In this document: positions 24,972 to 36,474 of the stretch, piece after piece
How the letters are laid out: every line of letters starts with the position of its first letter
How positions within the stretch are numbered: position 1 is the first letter of the stretch
IMG/VR virus record: IMGVR_UViG_3300025433_000003
Reading direction: 5' to 3' (one strand)
Source: an uncultured virus (IMG/VR IMGVR_UViG_3300025433_000003)
Lineage: Duplodnaviria > Heunggongvirae > Uroviricota > Caudoviricetes
Length of the DNA: 64,000 nt
Program-made: the position numbers and the translations under genes
The notes under the pieces: model-generated
Told to the model about the DNA's origin: nothing
The model's input: the letters and a program-made list of their open reading frames with translations, nothing else
Database searches by the model: none

Positions 24972-26834
24972 ATGTCTAACGAATCTAATGTTGCAGAAAT
25001 AAATCGATTAGTTGCACAAATCAAATATTTTAACTTTCAATACTGGAATATGAATGACCCCCAAATTAGCGATTACGGTTATGATACTATAATTGAACAA
25101 TTAAAAACTCGTGATCCAAATAATCCCATATTAGATTTTAAAGGTAGCTATTCACTAATTGCAAAGAATAATAAATTAGATAAAGTTGTTCACAAAAGAA
25201 AAATGCTTTCTCTTGCTAAATTTTATTACTCAACAGAATTAATTAAATGGGCTGAATCTGTAAGTAGAGATAAAAACGAAGTATTTAAACTTGAACCTAA
25301 ATTTGATGGTATTGCTGGTAAAATAGATAGAGACACTGGCACATTATCTACTTCAGGGGACACAGGTGAAGTTGGTGAAAATATCACACACAAACTTCCT
25401 CTTATTAATTTTGAAATGTATACGGGTGTAGATACTAGAATAGAAGTTCTTGGTGAAATAATTCTTCTTAAGAATGTATTTGAACAACACAAACACGAAT
25501 TATTAAGAAAGAATGGAAAAGAATATAAAATACCCAGAAGTGCCGTAATTGGTCTCCTAGCAACAGAAGAGGTTAGTGATCCAAAGTTTGATAAAATATT
25601 AACATTTATTGATTATAGAAAATATTCAAACGAGTATACTGTATCCCAATTAAAATTAATTGATTGGGATAAATATATACAACAGTTAAAAGGATGGGAA
25701 TATCCATTAGATGGTCTTGTTTTGAAATTAAAAGATCAAGAATATTTCGATAGTCTTGGTGAAACTTCTCATCATTACCTTGGAAATATGTCATTGAAAT
25801 TTGGTAATCCTACTGGAATTACTAAATTGCTTGATATTCAATTACAAAGTGGGAAACACACAATTACTCCCGTTGGAATAGTTGAGAAAGTTGTTATTGA
25901 AGGCATTGATAATAGAAAAATGTCATTTCATAATTTTAAATATGTTATAGATAATGATATTTGTGTTGGAGATACTATTGAAATAGAGAGGTGTGGTGAA
26001 ATTATTCCTCAATTTAAACGAATAGTTGAAAAATCTACTGATCCTAATAGAACAGTAATCAGTACCTTTAAATGTCCTGATTGTCAAAGTTCTTTGGTTT
26101 ATGATGAGCCTAATTTAATATGTCCTAATAGACAATGTGCAGGGAGAATCGTTAAAGTACTAACTGATAGTGTTGTTAGAATTGGTATTGAAGAACTTGG
26201 CCCAGGAACAATTAAAAAATTAGTTCTTGAAAAGGGGATAACTTCATTAAAACAAATACTTGATCTGACTTATTCTGATGTTATCACATTGAGTGGATTT
26301 GCTGAGTTGTCGGCTAATAATTTAATCTGTGAAATACAAAAAGTTAAATCTAAACCCATATATGATTACAATATTTTATCGTCTTTTAATATCTCTGGTG
26401 TTGGTACTAGAATGAGTAAAAAAATATTAAAACAATTCGATCTTTTTGAATTGAGTGAAATGAGTGTTAATGAATTAATGAAAATTGATGGTGTCGGTCC
26501 AGAAAGAGCAATATTATTATATGAATTTTTAGATGATTTAGGACCATTATTAGAAGTGAGTAATGAATTAAATGAAATGATTGATAGTAAATATATTAAG
26601 GAAGTTAAAAAAATCAATGTTTGTTTTACTGGTAAGAATAGTAAACCTAGAAATTATTGGGTTGAATTGTCTAAACAGAACGGATTAGAGTTTATTAAGA
26701 GTGTTACTAAAGAAGTTAATATTTTGGTAACTAATGATGTTAATTCAACTTCAAATAAGATTAAGACTGCTAAGAAGTATGGTTGTAAGATTATTACTTA
26801 CGAGCAGTTTGTTGAATTTCTTAATAATTTATAG
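24972..26834 (+). CDS. ligA: NAD-dependent DNA ligase
   Basis: YWNMNDPQISDYGYD, MLSL, EPKFDG, DGLVLK, Zn finger CPDC..CPN..C, HhH repeats, BRCT. Confidence 0.95.
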   Translation: MSNESNVAEINRLVAQIKYFNFQYWNMNDPQISDYGYDTIIEQLKTRDPNNPILDFKGSYSLIAKNNKLDKVVHKRKMLSLAKFYYSTELIKWAESVSRDKNEVFKLEPKFDGIAGKIDRDTGTLSTSGDTGEVGENITHKLPLINFEMYTGVDTRIEVLGEIILLKNVFEQHKHELLRKNGKEYKIPRSAVIGLLATEEVSDPKFDKILTFIDYRKYSNEYTVSQLKLIDWDKYIQQLKGWEYPLDGLVLKLKDQEYFDSLGETSHHYLGNMSLKFGNPTGITKLLDIQLQSGKHTITPVGIVEKVVIEGIDNRKMSFHNFKYVIDNDICVGDTIEIERCGEIIPQFKRIVEKSTDPNRTVISTFKCPDCQSSLVYDEPNLICPNRQCAGRIVKVLTDSVVRIGIEELGPGTIKKLVLEKGITSLKQILDLTYSDVITLSGFAELSANNLICEIQKVKSKPIYDYNILSSFNISGVGTRMSKKILKQFDLFELSEMSVNELMKIDGVGPERAILLYEFLDDLGPLLEVSNELNEMIDSKYIKEVKKINVCFTGKNSKPRNYWVELSKQNGLEFIKSVTKEVNILVTNDVNSTSNKIKTAKKYGCKIITYEQFVEFLNNL

Positions 26835-27086
26835 TTAACATTTTTGGCCTCGGCGGATTTTCGAGTCTTGCTGAGGTCAAAAAGGTGGTGTTTTTTGAAA
26901 AATGTTCTTATAAGCATAAGTATTATATACGGTTGTGTGATTATGTTCATTATGTGTCAATCAATTAATTTTGATTCTACAGAATATTGGACAATATTCA
27001 AAGGTATGTTAAGTTTTTTCGTTTTTCCATTTGGATTTGGATTTATACTTGGAAAAAATCAATAATATTAATAAGGAGAATTTTTT

Positions 27087-27458
27087 ATGAAAGACAGATA
27101 TTTCAATATCAGAAAAATATACGACTTAATTCAAGCTCAAAAAATGGGAAAATACAGTTCAGAACTTCGAGAATTTAAAGATTTAGACATTCATTGTTTT
27201 AATAATTTAGTCGACAACTTCAATTATATTGTTAATAACCCTGATGCACAATCTCCTGATGTTCATGAATATTTCTTAGAAAAAATACAAAATGACGGTT
27301 GGAAATATGGAGAACATAGAGATTTCAAAAGACAACTTGATCCATGGTGTGTTCCATATAGTAAATTAACTGATGAACAAAAAATGATCTGGACTGTTGG
27401 TTATATTAATACTAAATTCTTGACTACTCACAAAATCGCTGAATTTAAACAGGAGTAA
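27087..27458 (+). CDS. RyR-domain-like protein
   Basis: HEYFLEKIQNDGWKYGEHRDFKRQLDPWCVPYSKLTDEQK matches the RyR repeat pattern. Confidence 0.7.
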   Translation: MKDRYFNIRKIYDLIQAQKMGKYSSELREFKDLDIHCFNNLVDNFNYIVNNPDAQSPDVHEYFLEKIQNDGWKYGEHRDFKRQLDPWCVPYSKLTDEQKMIWTVGYINTKFLTTHKIAEFKQE

Positions 27459-27466
27459 TTAATTAA

Positions 27467-27847
27467 ATGATTAGTAATCCTATATTTGAAAATAAGAACA
27501 TGAGTTATTCAAAACAATATCTCAATACTGAAGTATCTGTAGTGATGGACAGAATGTTAGGTACTAAACATCCTAAACATGGATATACATATCCTGTTAA
27601 CTATGGATATATACCTAACACAAAAGCTCCCGATGGCGAAGAATTAGATGCATATGTATTAGGCGTTAGTACACCAGTCAAGAAATTCACAGGGTCATGT
27701 ATTGCAATAATACATCGATTAGATGATGATGATGACAAATTAATTGTTGTCAAACCTGGACAAAACTATTCGGATACTGAAATACGAGAGTTTACTCAAT
27801 TTCAAGAACAGTATTTTAAATCAAGAATTGTCCGAGGCCAAAAGTGA
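27467..27847 (+). CDS. Inorganic pyrophosphatase (short family I type)
   Basis: DRMLGTKHPK..YPVNYGYIPNT..DGEELDAYVL..DDDDKL. Confidence 0.9.
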   Translation: MISNPIFENKNMSYSKQYLNTEVSVVMDRMLGTKHPKHGYTYPVNYGYIPNTKAPDGEELDAYVLGVSTPVKKFTGSCIAIIHRLDDDDDKLIVVKPGQNYSDTEIREFTQFQEQYFKSRIVRGQK

Positions 27848-28518
27848 AACAACAACCTAGATTGTTCAATTTTAAAGATAAACATAAAGACAAAACAGGA
27901 ATAATAATTGGTGGAGGACCATCGATTAAACAACTAATTGATTCAAAATTTCAATTTAGTGAATTAAATAAGTTATATACAACTATCGGTACAAATATGT
28001 CATATACTATTGTCGATACTGATTATTTATTATTTATGGATCGTTATTTCTGGCATACATTTTATAAAGATATTGATGAATTGAAATGTACTATTAAATT
28101 AACTCAGTTAGAAAAAGAATATGGTGGTAAATTAAAAAGACCATTAAGTTCTGACATTGTTAGGATACAAAGGAAGGGTGTATTTTATCCATTAATCGAC
28201 GGGAAAAATAAATGCAACAATACAGGGTCAGCAGCTTTATCGTTTGCAAATTATATTGGACTAAAAAAGATATATTTATTCGGTTTTGATATGTGTTTAG
28301 ATAAAGAAAATAATAAAAACTTTCATAACGAATATAAAAGTAAATCTAAATCAATACCATTAACAAATGCTAATATTAGTAATCATTATACAAATATTGG
28401 CAAAATAATTGGGGAATTGACTGAAAAACATGATACTAAAATTTATTCATGTTCAAAAATATCAAGACTGAATAAATATATACCATATGTTAATCCAATG
28501 ACACTTATAACTCAGTAA
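27844..28518 (+). CDS. MptE/MAF_flag10-like or sialyltransferase-like fold protein
   Basis: IIGGGPS, TIGTN, DYLLFMD, NTGSAALSFA..GLKKIYLFGFDM. Confidence 0.65.
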   Translation: MKQQPRLFNFKDKHKDKTGIIIGGGPSIKQLIDSKFQFSELNKLYTTIGTNMSYTIVDTDYLLFMDRYFWHTFYKDIDELKCTIKLTQLEKEYGGKLKRPLSSDIVRIQRKGVFYPLIDGKNKCNNTGSAALSFANYIGLKKIYLFGFDMCLDKENNKNFHNEYKSKSKSIPLTNANISNHYTNIGKIIGELTEKHDTKIYSCSKISRLNKYIPYVNPMTLITQ

Positions 28519-28538
28519 AACAAAAAAAAGGATACTAC

Positions 28539-28982
28539 ATGAGTTCTTGCGAAAATATGATTTCACTAATTGGACATGTAGGAAGTGAACCTGAAGATTT
28601 AAATGATAATGTAGTTAGTGTTAAATTTTTCTTATTTACTAACAAATCTTATTATAGCAATAAGCAGAAAAAATTTATCCAATCAACTGAAAAACATTTA
28701 GTTAAAGCTTGGAAACAAAATGCTGAATATACTAGAAATAATATAGTAAAAGGAGATTATGTTCGAGTGTTAGGAGAACTTCATTATCATAAATTTAAAA
28801 TTGATAATAAACAGCATATTATACCTGAAATTATAACAACAAGTATATTGAAATTAAATAAAGAAAAAGATAAGATGTTAATTGGCATAAATAATATAAC
28901 TAAACATTTAGAAGACACAAAATCAGATCTTTCAAGTAAACAACTAGAAGACTTAACAGAATTAGTTAATCAATTAACTTAA
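28539..28982 (+). CDS. ssb: OB-fold single-stranded DNA-binding protein lacking an acidic tail
   Basis: NMISLIGHVGSEPE, TEKHLVKAW, KGDYVRVLGEL. Confidence 0.85.
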   Translation: MSSCENMISLIGHVGSEPEDLNDNVVSVKFFLFTNKSYYSNKQKKFIQSTEKHLVKAWKQNAEYTRNNIVKGDYVRVLGELHYHKFKIDNKQHIIPEIITTSILKLNKEKDKMLIGINNITKHLEDTKSDLSSKQLEDLTELVNQLT

Positions 28983-28993
28983 AGAAGATTTTT

Positions 28994-29443
28994 ATGATTG
29001 AACATTTTAGTCGTCGAATTGGCAATCTTACAGTTAGAACATGTCCATTCTATTTAGATATGGATAATATTAAAAAACAAAACGACCAAACTGCTCACAT
29101 TACTAACGAAGATGGTAACGGAAAAACTGCTCACGTTATTGCTAAGTGGGTACTTGATGAATTGTGGGGGTTTCAATTACATTTTTGGGGACGTAGAGTA
29201 TTTGAGTGTATTGATCCGGATGCGTTTTTTAAACTTGCAAAAGCTGGACAAGACCATTTAGATAATATTAATGTTATTTCAGTTAGTCATGCTAAATTTA
29301 TAAAATCACCACCTAAAAAACATGAAGAATTGTCAACATATTGGACACATTCCTACGAGGAGGATTTAAAACTATATAGTCATTTAATATTACTCAACAA
29401 TTTAATTAAAGACAACGAGAAACAAATGACATCAACAGAATAA
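28994..29443 (+). CDS. Hypothetical protein
   Basis: 149-aa ORF followed by hairpin 29453-29484 and a T-tract. Confidence 0.6.
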   Translation: MIEHFSRRIGNLTVRTCPFYLDMDNIKKQNDQTAHITNEDGNGKTAHVIAKWVLDELWGFQLHFWGRRVFECIDPDAFFKLAKAGQDHLDNINVISVSHAKFIKSPPKKHEELSTYWTHSYEEDLKLYSHLILLNNLIKDNEKQMTSTE

Positions 29444-29573
29444 ATATATAAAAATCACACGATCATTAAATTGATCGTGTGATTGTTTTCTTTGATTTGA
29501 TATATAAATAACATAAATATATACTATTTTATTTTTATATTTGATTTAAGAACACACTTAACAAGGAGAGTTT

Positions 29574-32409
29574 ATGCAAATAACCAGTGTTAATCTTAGT
29601 ACATTACCATTTTTAGGGGCTTGTGATTCAACTAGAGCTCAAATGGCATCCAAACAAGCAGCACAAGCAATAACTCATGAAAATTGTCAAATACCTTATG
29701 TTATTTCAAATGAATATCGTAATTTATCTGAAACAAGCTTTCTTGGGTTATGTATTGCAAAAGATGATGGCTATGTTGTATTTAATAGCAATGAACTAAT
29801 TATTATTTTTTACACTAATTTAAACGAACTTAAAGAGTATAAGATTCCCCTGTATCAGAAGACTACAGGATATTATTGTTCTAAATTAACTTATATGCTA
29901 TCGAAAGATCAACCTTTTAAAAAGGGTGATATTATATATAGTTATGATAATTTTAAGAATGGTATTCCAGCATTTGGTTATAATACACTAACAGCTTATA
30001 TAAATGGTTTTGGGTTAAAATATTAAGCCCCATTTATTAGTAATAATAAATGCAAATTTTGTGAATTCAGGGGAAGCCTAAGTCTAAATGGTAATCCTGA
30101 GCCAAGCCTCTTGTGCTAGAGAGGAAGGTGCAACGACTATCCCTTTGGGGAGTACACTCAAGTGAGTGGAAGCACAAAACATCGATTAATGTCGATGATG
30201 ATATAGTCTGCTCTGTATAGAAATATACAGCGGGATTTATTCCGGGGAGAACCGTAGCGATTTATCTCGAACATAAAGGTTAACCACGAAGATTCTCTAC
30301 TATTGAGTGAAAGTTTTTTAGAAAGAGCCAAAGTTAGATTAAGTGAGAAAGTGTATATTCCTGTATTTGAATATACTATTTTGTTGCCTTCATATAATGA
30401 TGTAGAAGGATCATTAAAATACTTTCCAAATGTTGGACAAAAAATACATGGTAATGTTGTTTGTTCTGTACTTAAACCAAGTTCAATGCGAGCATTTGAA
30501 TCACTTTCAACTATTAAAACTAAGATGACTCGTTTTTATAATTCACTAACACTTTCAGATTTATTGAATTTGAATAACGAGAGCACTCAAGCGATTAAAG
30601 TTGATGGTATTACTTCAAAAATTAAAGGTGGTAAAGTTACCGGAATAAGTGTTCATAAACTCTATAAGAAAGAAGTTCCTCAATTAATAGATGGAAAACT
30701 TCAAAAGTGTCTAGATAAACTTGTCAATATGCAAACAGATGAAAGTATTATTGCTCCGTTTAATGATTTACAATATAAGATTAATCGCGATTATGCAAAA
30801 CAAATAATTAAAAATTATATGATGTATATTCCAGATACTATTTCTGCGAATGCTAGTATGCTTAAAAATGCTAAATATTTAATCGAACTAGAAATTACTC
30901 GTGAGAGTGGTAGTCAAAAGGGAGATAAGTTTGCAAATCGTTTGTAAAATAGCGACTTTTAAAAGTAATTTTAATCGAATAACGCCTCTTTATCAGGGAA
31001 ACTCTAAACAGATAATGCTGAAGATAATCCTGAGCCAAGCTTTAATAATATATTAAATATTATTATTGAAGGTGCAACGACTATCGAAATCACATTTATT
31101 ATTTTATAATAGATGGAAGAAAGTAGAGTACACTCTTAGTGGAGTGGAAACGGGGCGGGTCCAATTTGATTGGATCGTGATATAGTCTGGCCTATATAGA
31201 AATGTATAGAAGGAGAGAAATAACGAATCTCTTCGTAACACAAGCGTATGCAGGAAAAGGAATAGCAAGTGATCCATTACCAGATGAGTTAAGACCAATT
31301 GCTATGAGTTGCAATCGACCTATTGATTGTATATTCAATTCCTTTGGCTGTTACAGCAGAATGAACATCAGTCAGTTGATTGAAGGAGTGGTTTCAAAAG
31401 AAGTAATGCTAAGTGAAGAACAAATGTTAAACGACCCAAACTGTTGTATTTCTGAGTTGACTAAAATTAACGAAAATATAATTAGTAATCTAAATACTAC
31501 TGATTATTATACAGATGTTAGTAATTTAATTTCTCGAATGAATGAAGATCCTCAAGTTGTTAAAGAATTTATTAAAGATGTTAAGACTAATGGATTTTTC
31601 ATTGAAGCACCAAGCTTCAGTGTATTAAATATTAAAAAATTAATCAAACAAAACCGATCACATGTTGAACATATTAAGATTAAAAAAGAGACTTTAAATT
31701 ATATGAAAGATAAGTTAAAGTTTGAATTACCATTTACAATCAATAATGATGTTATTATTAAGAATAAGTTTGTGGTACCAATTTACACTTTTAAACTCTA
31801 TAAGATGGTTTCTGAAATTGTTGCTGCTCGTGACCTTGGTAAATGTCGTTTTATAACGAAGCAACCTTTGCGTGGTAAATCGAACGACGGAGGAAAACGT
31901 TTGGGTCAGATGGAGATTAACCGAATCGGTCTCCTACACATAGTAATATGTGTATAAAAAACTCTTTTAACTCGGTGGACTTCCTAACAGATAATGCTGA
32001 GGTCAATACCGAGCCAAGCTCTATATGTTTTAACGACATATATTGAAGGTGTAACGACTATCCCGTAAGGGAGTACCTGGAAATGCGAGCCAGGGAAACA
32101 GAGAGTATCCTATAACTTATAGGATAAAGATATAGTCTACTCTGCATGGATAACATGCAGCAGGGTGAACGATTTCCCGGAAAATGAGTCGCGATCTTTT
32201 TCGAATATTAAAGCGAAGGAATTATAGCTCATGGAACTATGAAGTCCCTCCACGAATTATTGACTGTTAAATCTGATTGTGCAGATGCTAAAAAGAAAAT
32301 GTTGAAAGATATCATAACAGACGGGGAGTATCATATGGATACTTCAGTTAGTCATGATGGAGAAACTAAAAAAGTTGTAGATACATTAATTAAATTTATT
32401 AACGATTAA
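29574..32409 (+). CDS. Phage RNA polymerase beta, C-terminal subunit; join(29574..30015,30280..30941,31247..31917,32214..32409), 656 aa
   Basis: DSTRAQMASKQAAQA. Splicing restores GFGFNHEDS, GDKFANR|YAGKG and GGKRLGQMEIEGIIAHG..LLTVKSD. Confidence 0.92.
30016..30279 (+). mobile_element. Group I intron (264 nt, ORF-less)
   Basis: P1 GGGU/GCCC; AATCCTGAGCCAAG, GCAACGACTA, ATATAGTCT; terminal G; reading frame restored. Confidence 0.9.
30942..31246 (+). mobile_element. Group I intron (305 nt, ORF-less)
   Basis: P1 UCGU/GCGA; same core motifs; terminal G; restores NR|YAGKG. Confidence 0.9.
31918..32213 (+). mobile_element. Group I intron (296 nt, ORF-less)
   Basis: P1 GGAGAU/GUCUCC; AATACCGAGCCAAG, GTAACGACTA, ATATAGTCT; terminal G; restores QMEIEG. 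Confidence 0.9.
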
Positions 32410-32530
32410 TTCGTTAATAATATTAACTGTGAAGTATTAAGAGGACTAAAGATAGCTTCTTTGAAATGAAATGCCTATACATTTTTTTCTAACTCTTAAT
32501 GCTTCATATTTTTCTTATAGGAGAACAATT

Positions 32531-33307
32531 ATGTTGGATGAAAAATTATTAAATAAAACAAATTTATTAAGTAACGAATTGTTAGATTCATGGAACCGAA
32601 ATAATTTATCAGAATATGAACTACGTCGATTTTGGAAAAAAGTACATGTCCCCTTAAATACTGATGGGTCAATAAATTACAATGTTTGTTGGGAATGGAA
32701 AAAGTACAGAGATAAAGATGGATATGGCACTTTTTATCATGACAATACAAGTACAAAATCCCATAGATATGTTTATGAATTATATAATGGTCCACTTTGT
32801 GATAATGAATGTGTTTGTCATTCCCATGATAACCCGTCTTGTCAAAATCCATTACACTTATTTAGTGGTACACATTTAAGAAATATGAATGACATGGTAG
32901 ATAAAAAAAGAAGTAGAATTAGTTTAGGTTCAGATAATGTCAATACTAAGTTTAAAGAAAATGAAATTATAGAATGTTTAAACTTAGTATTATTAAATAA
33001 ACTTCAAACAAAACAAGATATTATAGATTATAATAATAAATTTACACTTCGAATTATTAAAAATATTTTAACAAAACAAAATTGGGGTCATGTTACTAAT
33101 ATATTTAATGAAGAACAATGGAATCATATAACAGATACATTGAATGGATATATGACTGAATATTTAGTTAAATATATAGAATATGAAATTTTAACTACTA
33201 GTATAACTAATGTTGATCTAGCTAAAAAACATAACTTAACTATCCATACTATGTCAAAAATACGTAATTATAAACATAAATATTCATCCAAAAGGAATAA
33301 TATATGA
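32531..33307 (+). CDS. Free-standing HNH homing endonuclease
   Basis: RFWKKV..CWEW..DGYGTF..SHRYVY..VCHSHDNPSCQNPLHL..THLRNMNDM. AGGAG RBS before ATG 32531. Confidence 0.9.
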   Translation: MLDEKLLNKTNLLSNELLDSWNRNNLSEYELRRFWKKVHVPLNTDGSINYNVCWEWKKYRDKDGYGTFYHDNTSTKSHRYVYELYNGPLCDNECVCHSHDNPSCQNPLHLFSGTHLRNMNDMVDKKRSRISLGSDNVNTKFKENEIIECLNLVLLNKLQTKQDIIDYNNKFTLRIIKNILTKQNWGHVTNIFNEEQWNHITDTLNGYMTEYLVKYIEYEILTTSITNVDLAKKHNLTIHTMSKIRNYKHKYSSKRNNI

Positions 33308-34476
33308 ATCTACTAAAATATAGAAAAAATAATGATTTTTTTTCATACGTTAATCCAATATCAATAAGACAATACCAATACAATTTCATAGAATCATTCT
33401 GTGCAAATGCAATTAATTTTCTTTCAGCTCAACGAAACAACTATCTCTCGGTACACGAAATTAAAATAACAAAACGAATTAATTATCTGGGAGTCAATAA
33501 TTCTGCATATTCAAAAGTATCGATTGATGTTAAAAATAACGTAACTGATGAAATTCATCATTTTACAGAGTTTTTTATTCCTACTTTGATGGATCACGAA
33601 CATTTTTATCTAAACGCGAATTACTACACATGTATGATGTATGCAATAGATTATCCGATTACAATTAAAAAACAAAGTTGTAAGATATTTAGTTTGTTTA
33701 ATTCAATCACTCTCTATGCAGAGAATGACATTGCAATCTTTGTTCGTAATCATATGTCATTGGAATTTTTCTTACAATTATTTGTAGATTTTGAAGATCC
33801 AATTTATCAAAAATATATGAAAAAGTACAAACTTGCTCACACGAAGCAGGAGATGGTAAATGTTGTAGAAGTTATAAGCAAACGTTTCTCCGTCAAAGAG
33901 AAAACTCAACAAGCAGTAATTGATAAATTAGATACTCTATTTTTTGATGATTATTCAAGAGCATTGTATCATAAATGTTATGGCTTTGAAGCACCATTCA
34001 CATTAGTTGATGTAATTCGTCAGACTTTAATTAATAGTCTAGGTGAACCTAAAGCGTTTACTGATTTGAATAATAAAAGAGTAGTTTTTCTTGAAATGCT
34101 CCTTCAACCATTCTTAACAAGAATATCTGGGTTATGTACAGAAGTGGCCAAAGGCAACTATAAAAATGAAATGAAGGTTGATCAGTTGTTTATTATTAAG
34201 TACTTCTTGAAAGCTAAAAACACAAATATGACTAATTCGAGTGTTGGTTTATCGGGAAATTATTTGTATGATACTAAGAATTTATATTCAGGAATATTAG
34301 TCAACAAGTGTAGTTTTATCCCACCAAATATGTCAATGCCCCCAACAGAAGTGAAACATGTCCATCCGAGTCATTTTGGTAAGGTGTGTCCAATTAGTGT
34401 ATCAGCACAGTCGCCAGGGGAAACTGTTTCACTAATACCAACAGTTCACCTTGATGAGTTTGGCATGTTTCAATAA
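33304..34476 (+). CDS. Phage RNA polymerase beta, N-terminal subunit
   Basis: FIPTLMDHEHFYLN, DLNNKRV, EVKHVHPSHFGKVCPI..PGETVSL (compare bacterial VRDVHPTHYGRVCP). Confidence 0.85.
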   Translation: MNLLKYRKNNDFFSYVNPISIRQYQYNFIESFCANAINFLSAQRNNYLSVHEIKITKRINYLGVNNSAYSKVSIDVKNNVTDEIHHFTEFFIPTLMDHEHFYLNANYYTCMMYAIDYPITIKKQSCKIFSLFNSITLYAENDIAIFVRNHMSLEFFLQLFVDFEDPIYQKYMKKYKLAHTKQEMVNVVEVISKRFSVKEKTQQAVIDKLDTLFFDDYSRALYHKCYGFEAPFTLVDVIRQTLINSLGEPKAFTDLNNKRVVFLEMLLQPFLTRISGLCTEVAKGNYKNEMKVDQLFIIKYFLKAKNTNMTNSSVGLSGNYLYDTKNLYSGILVNKCSFIPPNMSMPPTEVKHVHPSHFGKVCPISVSAQSPGETVSLIPTVHLDEFGMFQ

Positions 34477-34535
34477 CAACTACATGTGAACGATTATATA
34501 AATATAGTCGTTCACAATAAAAGGAGAACAACTAC

Positions 34536-36299
34536 TTGTCAAAATACAAACAAGCAATTCAAAATGCCTTCCCATTCCCAGAGTTTAGAATTAATCAAGA
34601 AGAAATTATTCATGATATTGTTGAATCCTTCGATCAAATAACTGACCACTTTGTGTTAGAAAGTCCAACCGGTGTGGGTAAATCGGCTATATGTTTTACA
34701 GTAGGTAAAGCTCTTGCAAAATTAAATGACAATTTAAATATTAAAAGTAATGAAACTGGACCACCTATTTTGATCCTATCTTCAACCAGACAACTTCAAG
34801 TACAATATATTGAATCTTTTAATAACCGTTCTGACTTTAATCATATCTGGAGCGCAAAGAATTATGAGTGTGCAGAGTTTCCATTAACATCAAAGGAGAA
34901 TATTGAATTTGATGTGCATTTTGGTAGTCCGTTATGTATGGGTGCAAAAAAGTGTATAGCGGCAAAAGAGTATCGTTGTGAATATCTATTACAAAAAGAA
35001 AAATTTATGTCTGGTCAAGTTGGGGTAACAAATTATGCTTATTTTATGAATTCTTGTGCATTAAAACCTAAGATATTAGTTTGTGATGAAGCACATAATC
35101 TTCAAAAGATTCTTTGTGATTACGCAACATTATCATTATCAGAAGATCAATTAGCTTTCATGGCATATCAAATTACAAAACAATCTGGTGGTGAATTATG
35201 TGTGGATTTTAAAAATCTAATACAGAAAGTTAATAAGTTAACGAATAATAAACATATTAAAAATGCATCATTCCAAAATCCAGAAGTATTATCATTGATT
35301 TCTGATTATATTGACGAAGCATATAACGAAATTAATCCAATTATTAAAAAACTTGAAATATTAATAATGAAACTGAAAAGGATAAAAAAGTATAAAACTC
35401 ATGTTAGTAAATTAAATCGAGTAAAAGAAAATCTTACTGATATTTATGATAAATATGACATGTTTCTGTCTAGTACTACTCAATGGGTTTACAATTTAGT
35501 AAAGTTCACAAAGAAGAATGGAGAAGAATCTAAAACTATTGAAGTTAAACCACTTGAAGTTCATGAGTATTTTAAATCACTTATTGGTGATAGAGTTAAG
35601 AAAAGCTTATTTATGTCAGCATCAATTTGTGGAGTAAATCAGTTTTGTCAGGAATTAGGAATACCTGAATATGATTTTAAACAAACAGGTTCAACAATCC
35701 CAGTAGAGAACAGAACAGTTCATGTTGTAAATAATCTTGGTAAATTGACATATAAGAATAAAGATGAAATGATGCCAAAGTTTATTATTACTATTGATCG
35801 AATACTTAAATATTTGTACGAAAAGAACGACGGTAAGAAAATAAACGGAATAATTCATACAGTTTCATACGACAATGCTGAAAGAATATTAGCAGCAAGC
35901 CAATATGCGTCTAACATGCTAATCCCAAATAAGAAAGATTTGCTTAATTTAGACAAAGTCATTACAGAAGGTAAAGCAAATGTTATTGTTTCGCCGTCAA
36001 TAATTGAGGGAGTTGATTTAGTTGATGATTTAAGTAGATTTCAAATATTTTTGAAAGTTCCATATCAATTCATTGGTGATATATGGGTTAAAACTAAAAT
36101 GAATATGAATAGTAAATGGTATTCAAGAATGGCTATTATTAAAATAGTTCAGGGATGTGGTAGATCAATTCGATCAGATAAAGACTGGGCAGAAACCTTT
36201 ATTCTTGACGGAAACTTTAATAGACTAATGCAATACGATAATGAATTATTTCCTGAGTGGTTTAAAGAGAGTGTAAGATCATATAATATTCAAATTTAA
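34536..36299 (+). CDS. DinG/XPD-family helicase
   Basis: FRINQ, SPTGVGKS, Cys cluster, DEAH, MSAS, EGVDL..KVPY, QGCGRSIRS. Confidence 0.92.
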   Translation: MSKYKQAIQNAFPFPEFRINQEEIIHDIVESFDQITDHFVLESPTGVGKSAICFTVGKALAKLNDNLNIKSNETGPPILILSSTRQLQVQYIESFNNRSDFNHIWSAKNYECAEFPLTSKENIEFDVHFGSPLCMGAKKCIAAKEYRCEYLLQKEKFMSGQVGVTNYAYFMNSCALKPKILVCDEAHNLQKILCDYATLSLSEDQLAFMAYQITKQSGGELCVDFKNLIQKVNKLTNNKHIKNASFQNPEVLSLISDYIDEAYNEINPIIKKLEILIMKLKRIKKYKTHVSKLNRVKENLTDIYDKYDMFLSSTTQWVYNLVKFTKKNGEESKTIEVKPLEVHEYFKSLIGDRVKKSLFMSASICGVNQFCQELGIPEYDFKQTGSTIPVENRTVHVVNNLGKLTYKNKDEMMPKFIITIDRILKYLYEKNDGKKINGIIHTVSYDNAERILAASQYASNMLIPNKKDLLNLDKVITEGKANVIVSPSIIEGVDLVDDLSRFQIFLKVPYQFIGDIWVKTKMNMNSKWYSRMAIIKIVQGCGRSIRSDKDWAETFILDGNFNRLMQYDNELFPEWFKESVRSYNIQI

Positions 36300-36474
36300 T
36301 ATATTTTTGGCCTCGGCGAATTTCAGAAGTTGAAGTTTTCCGGGGTTAAAATGGAAAAAGCTATGCTTGAATTTTATGGATACAAAGATGGGATAAAAAG
36401 GTTCGAAAAGATTTAATAATTAACCATTGGCCTCGGGATAATCTTCCGAGGACAAAACATACGAGACAAATATT

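Noticed and set aside
26844..27065. 73-aa ORF starting inside the GGCCTCGGC hairpin (also the track starts at 58130, 53161, 32471, 60937)
   Set aside because: These starts fall in hairpins or leaders; downstream RBS-linked starts are more plausible.
19788..32213. Stop-codon recoding or pseudogenisation to explain broken RNAP ORFs
   Set aside because: The breaks coincide with group I intron cores and splicing restores conserved motifs in frame. TAA, TAG and TGA all serve as normal stops elsewhere.
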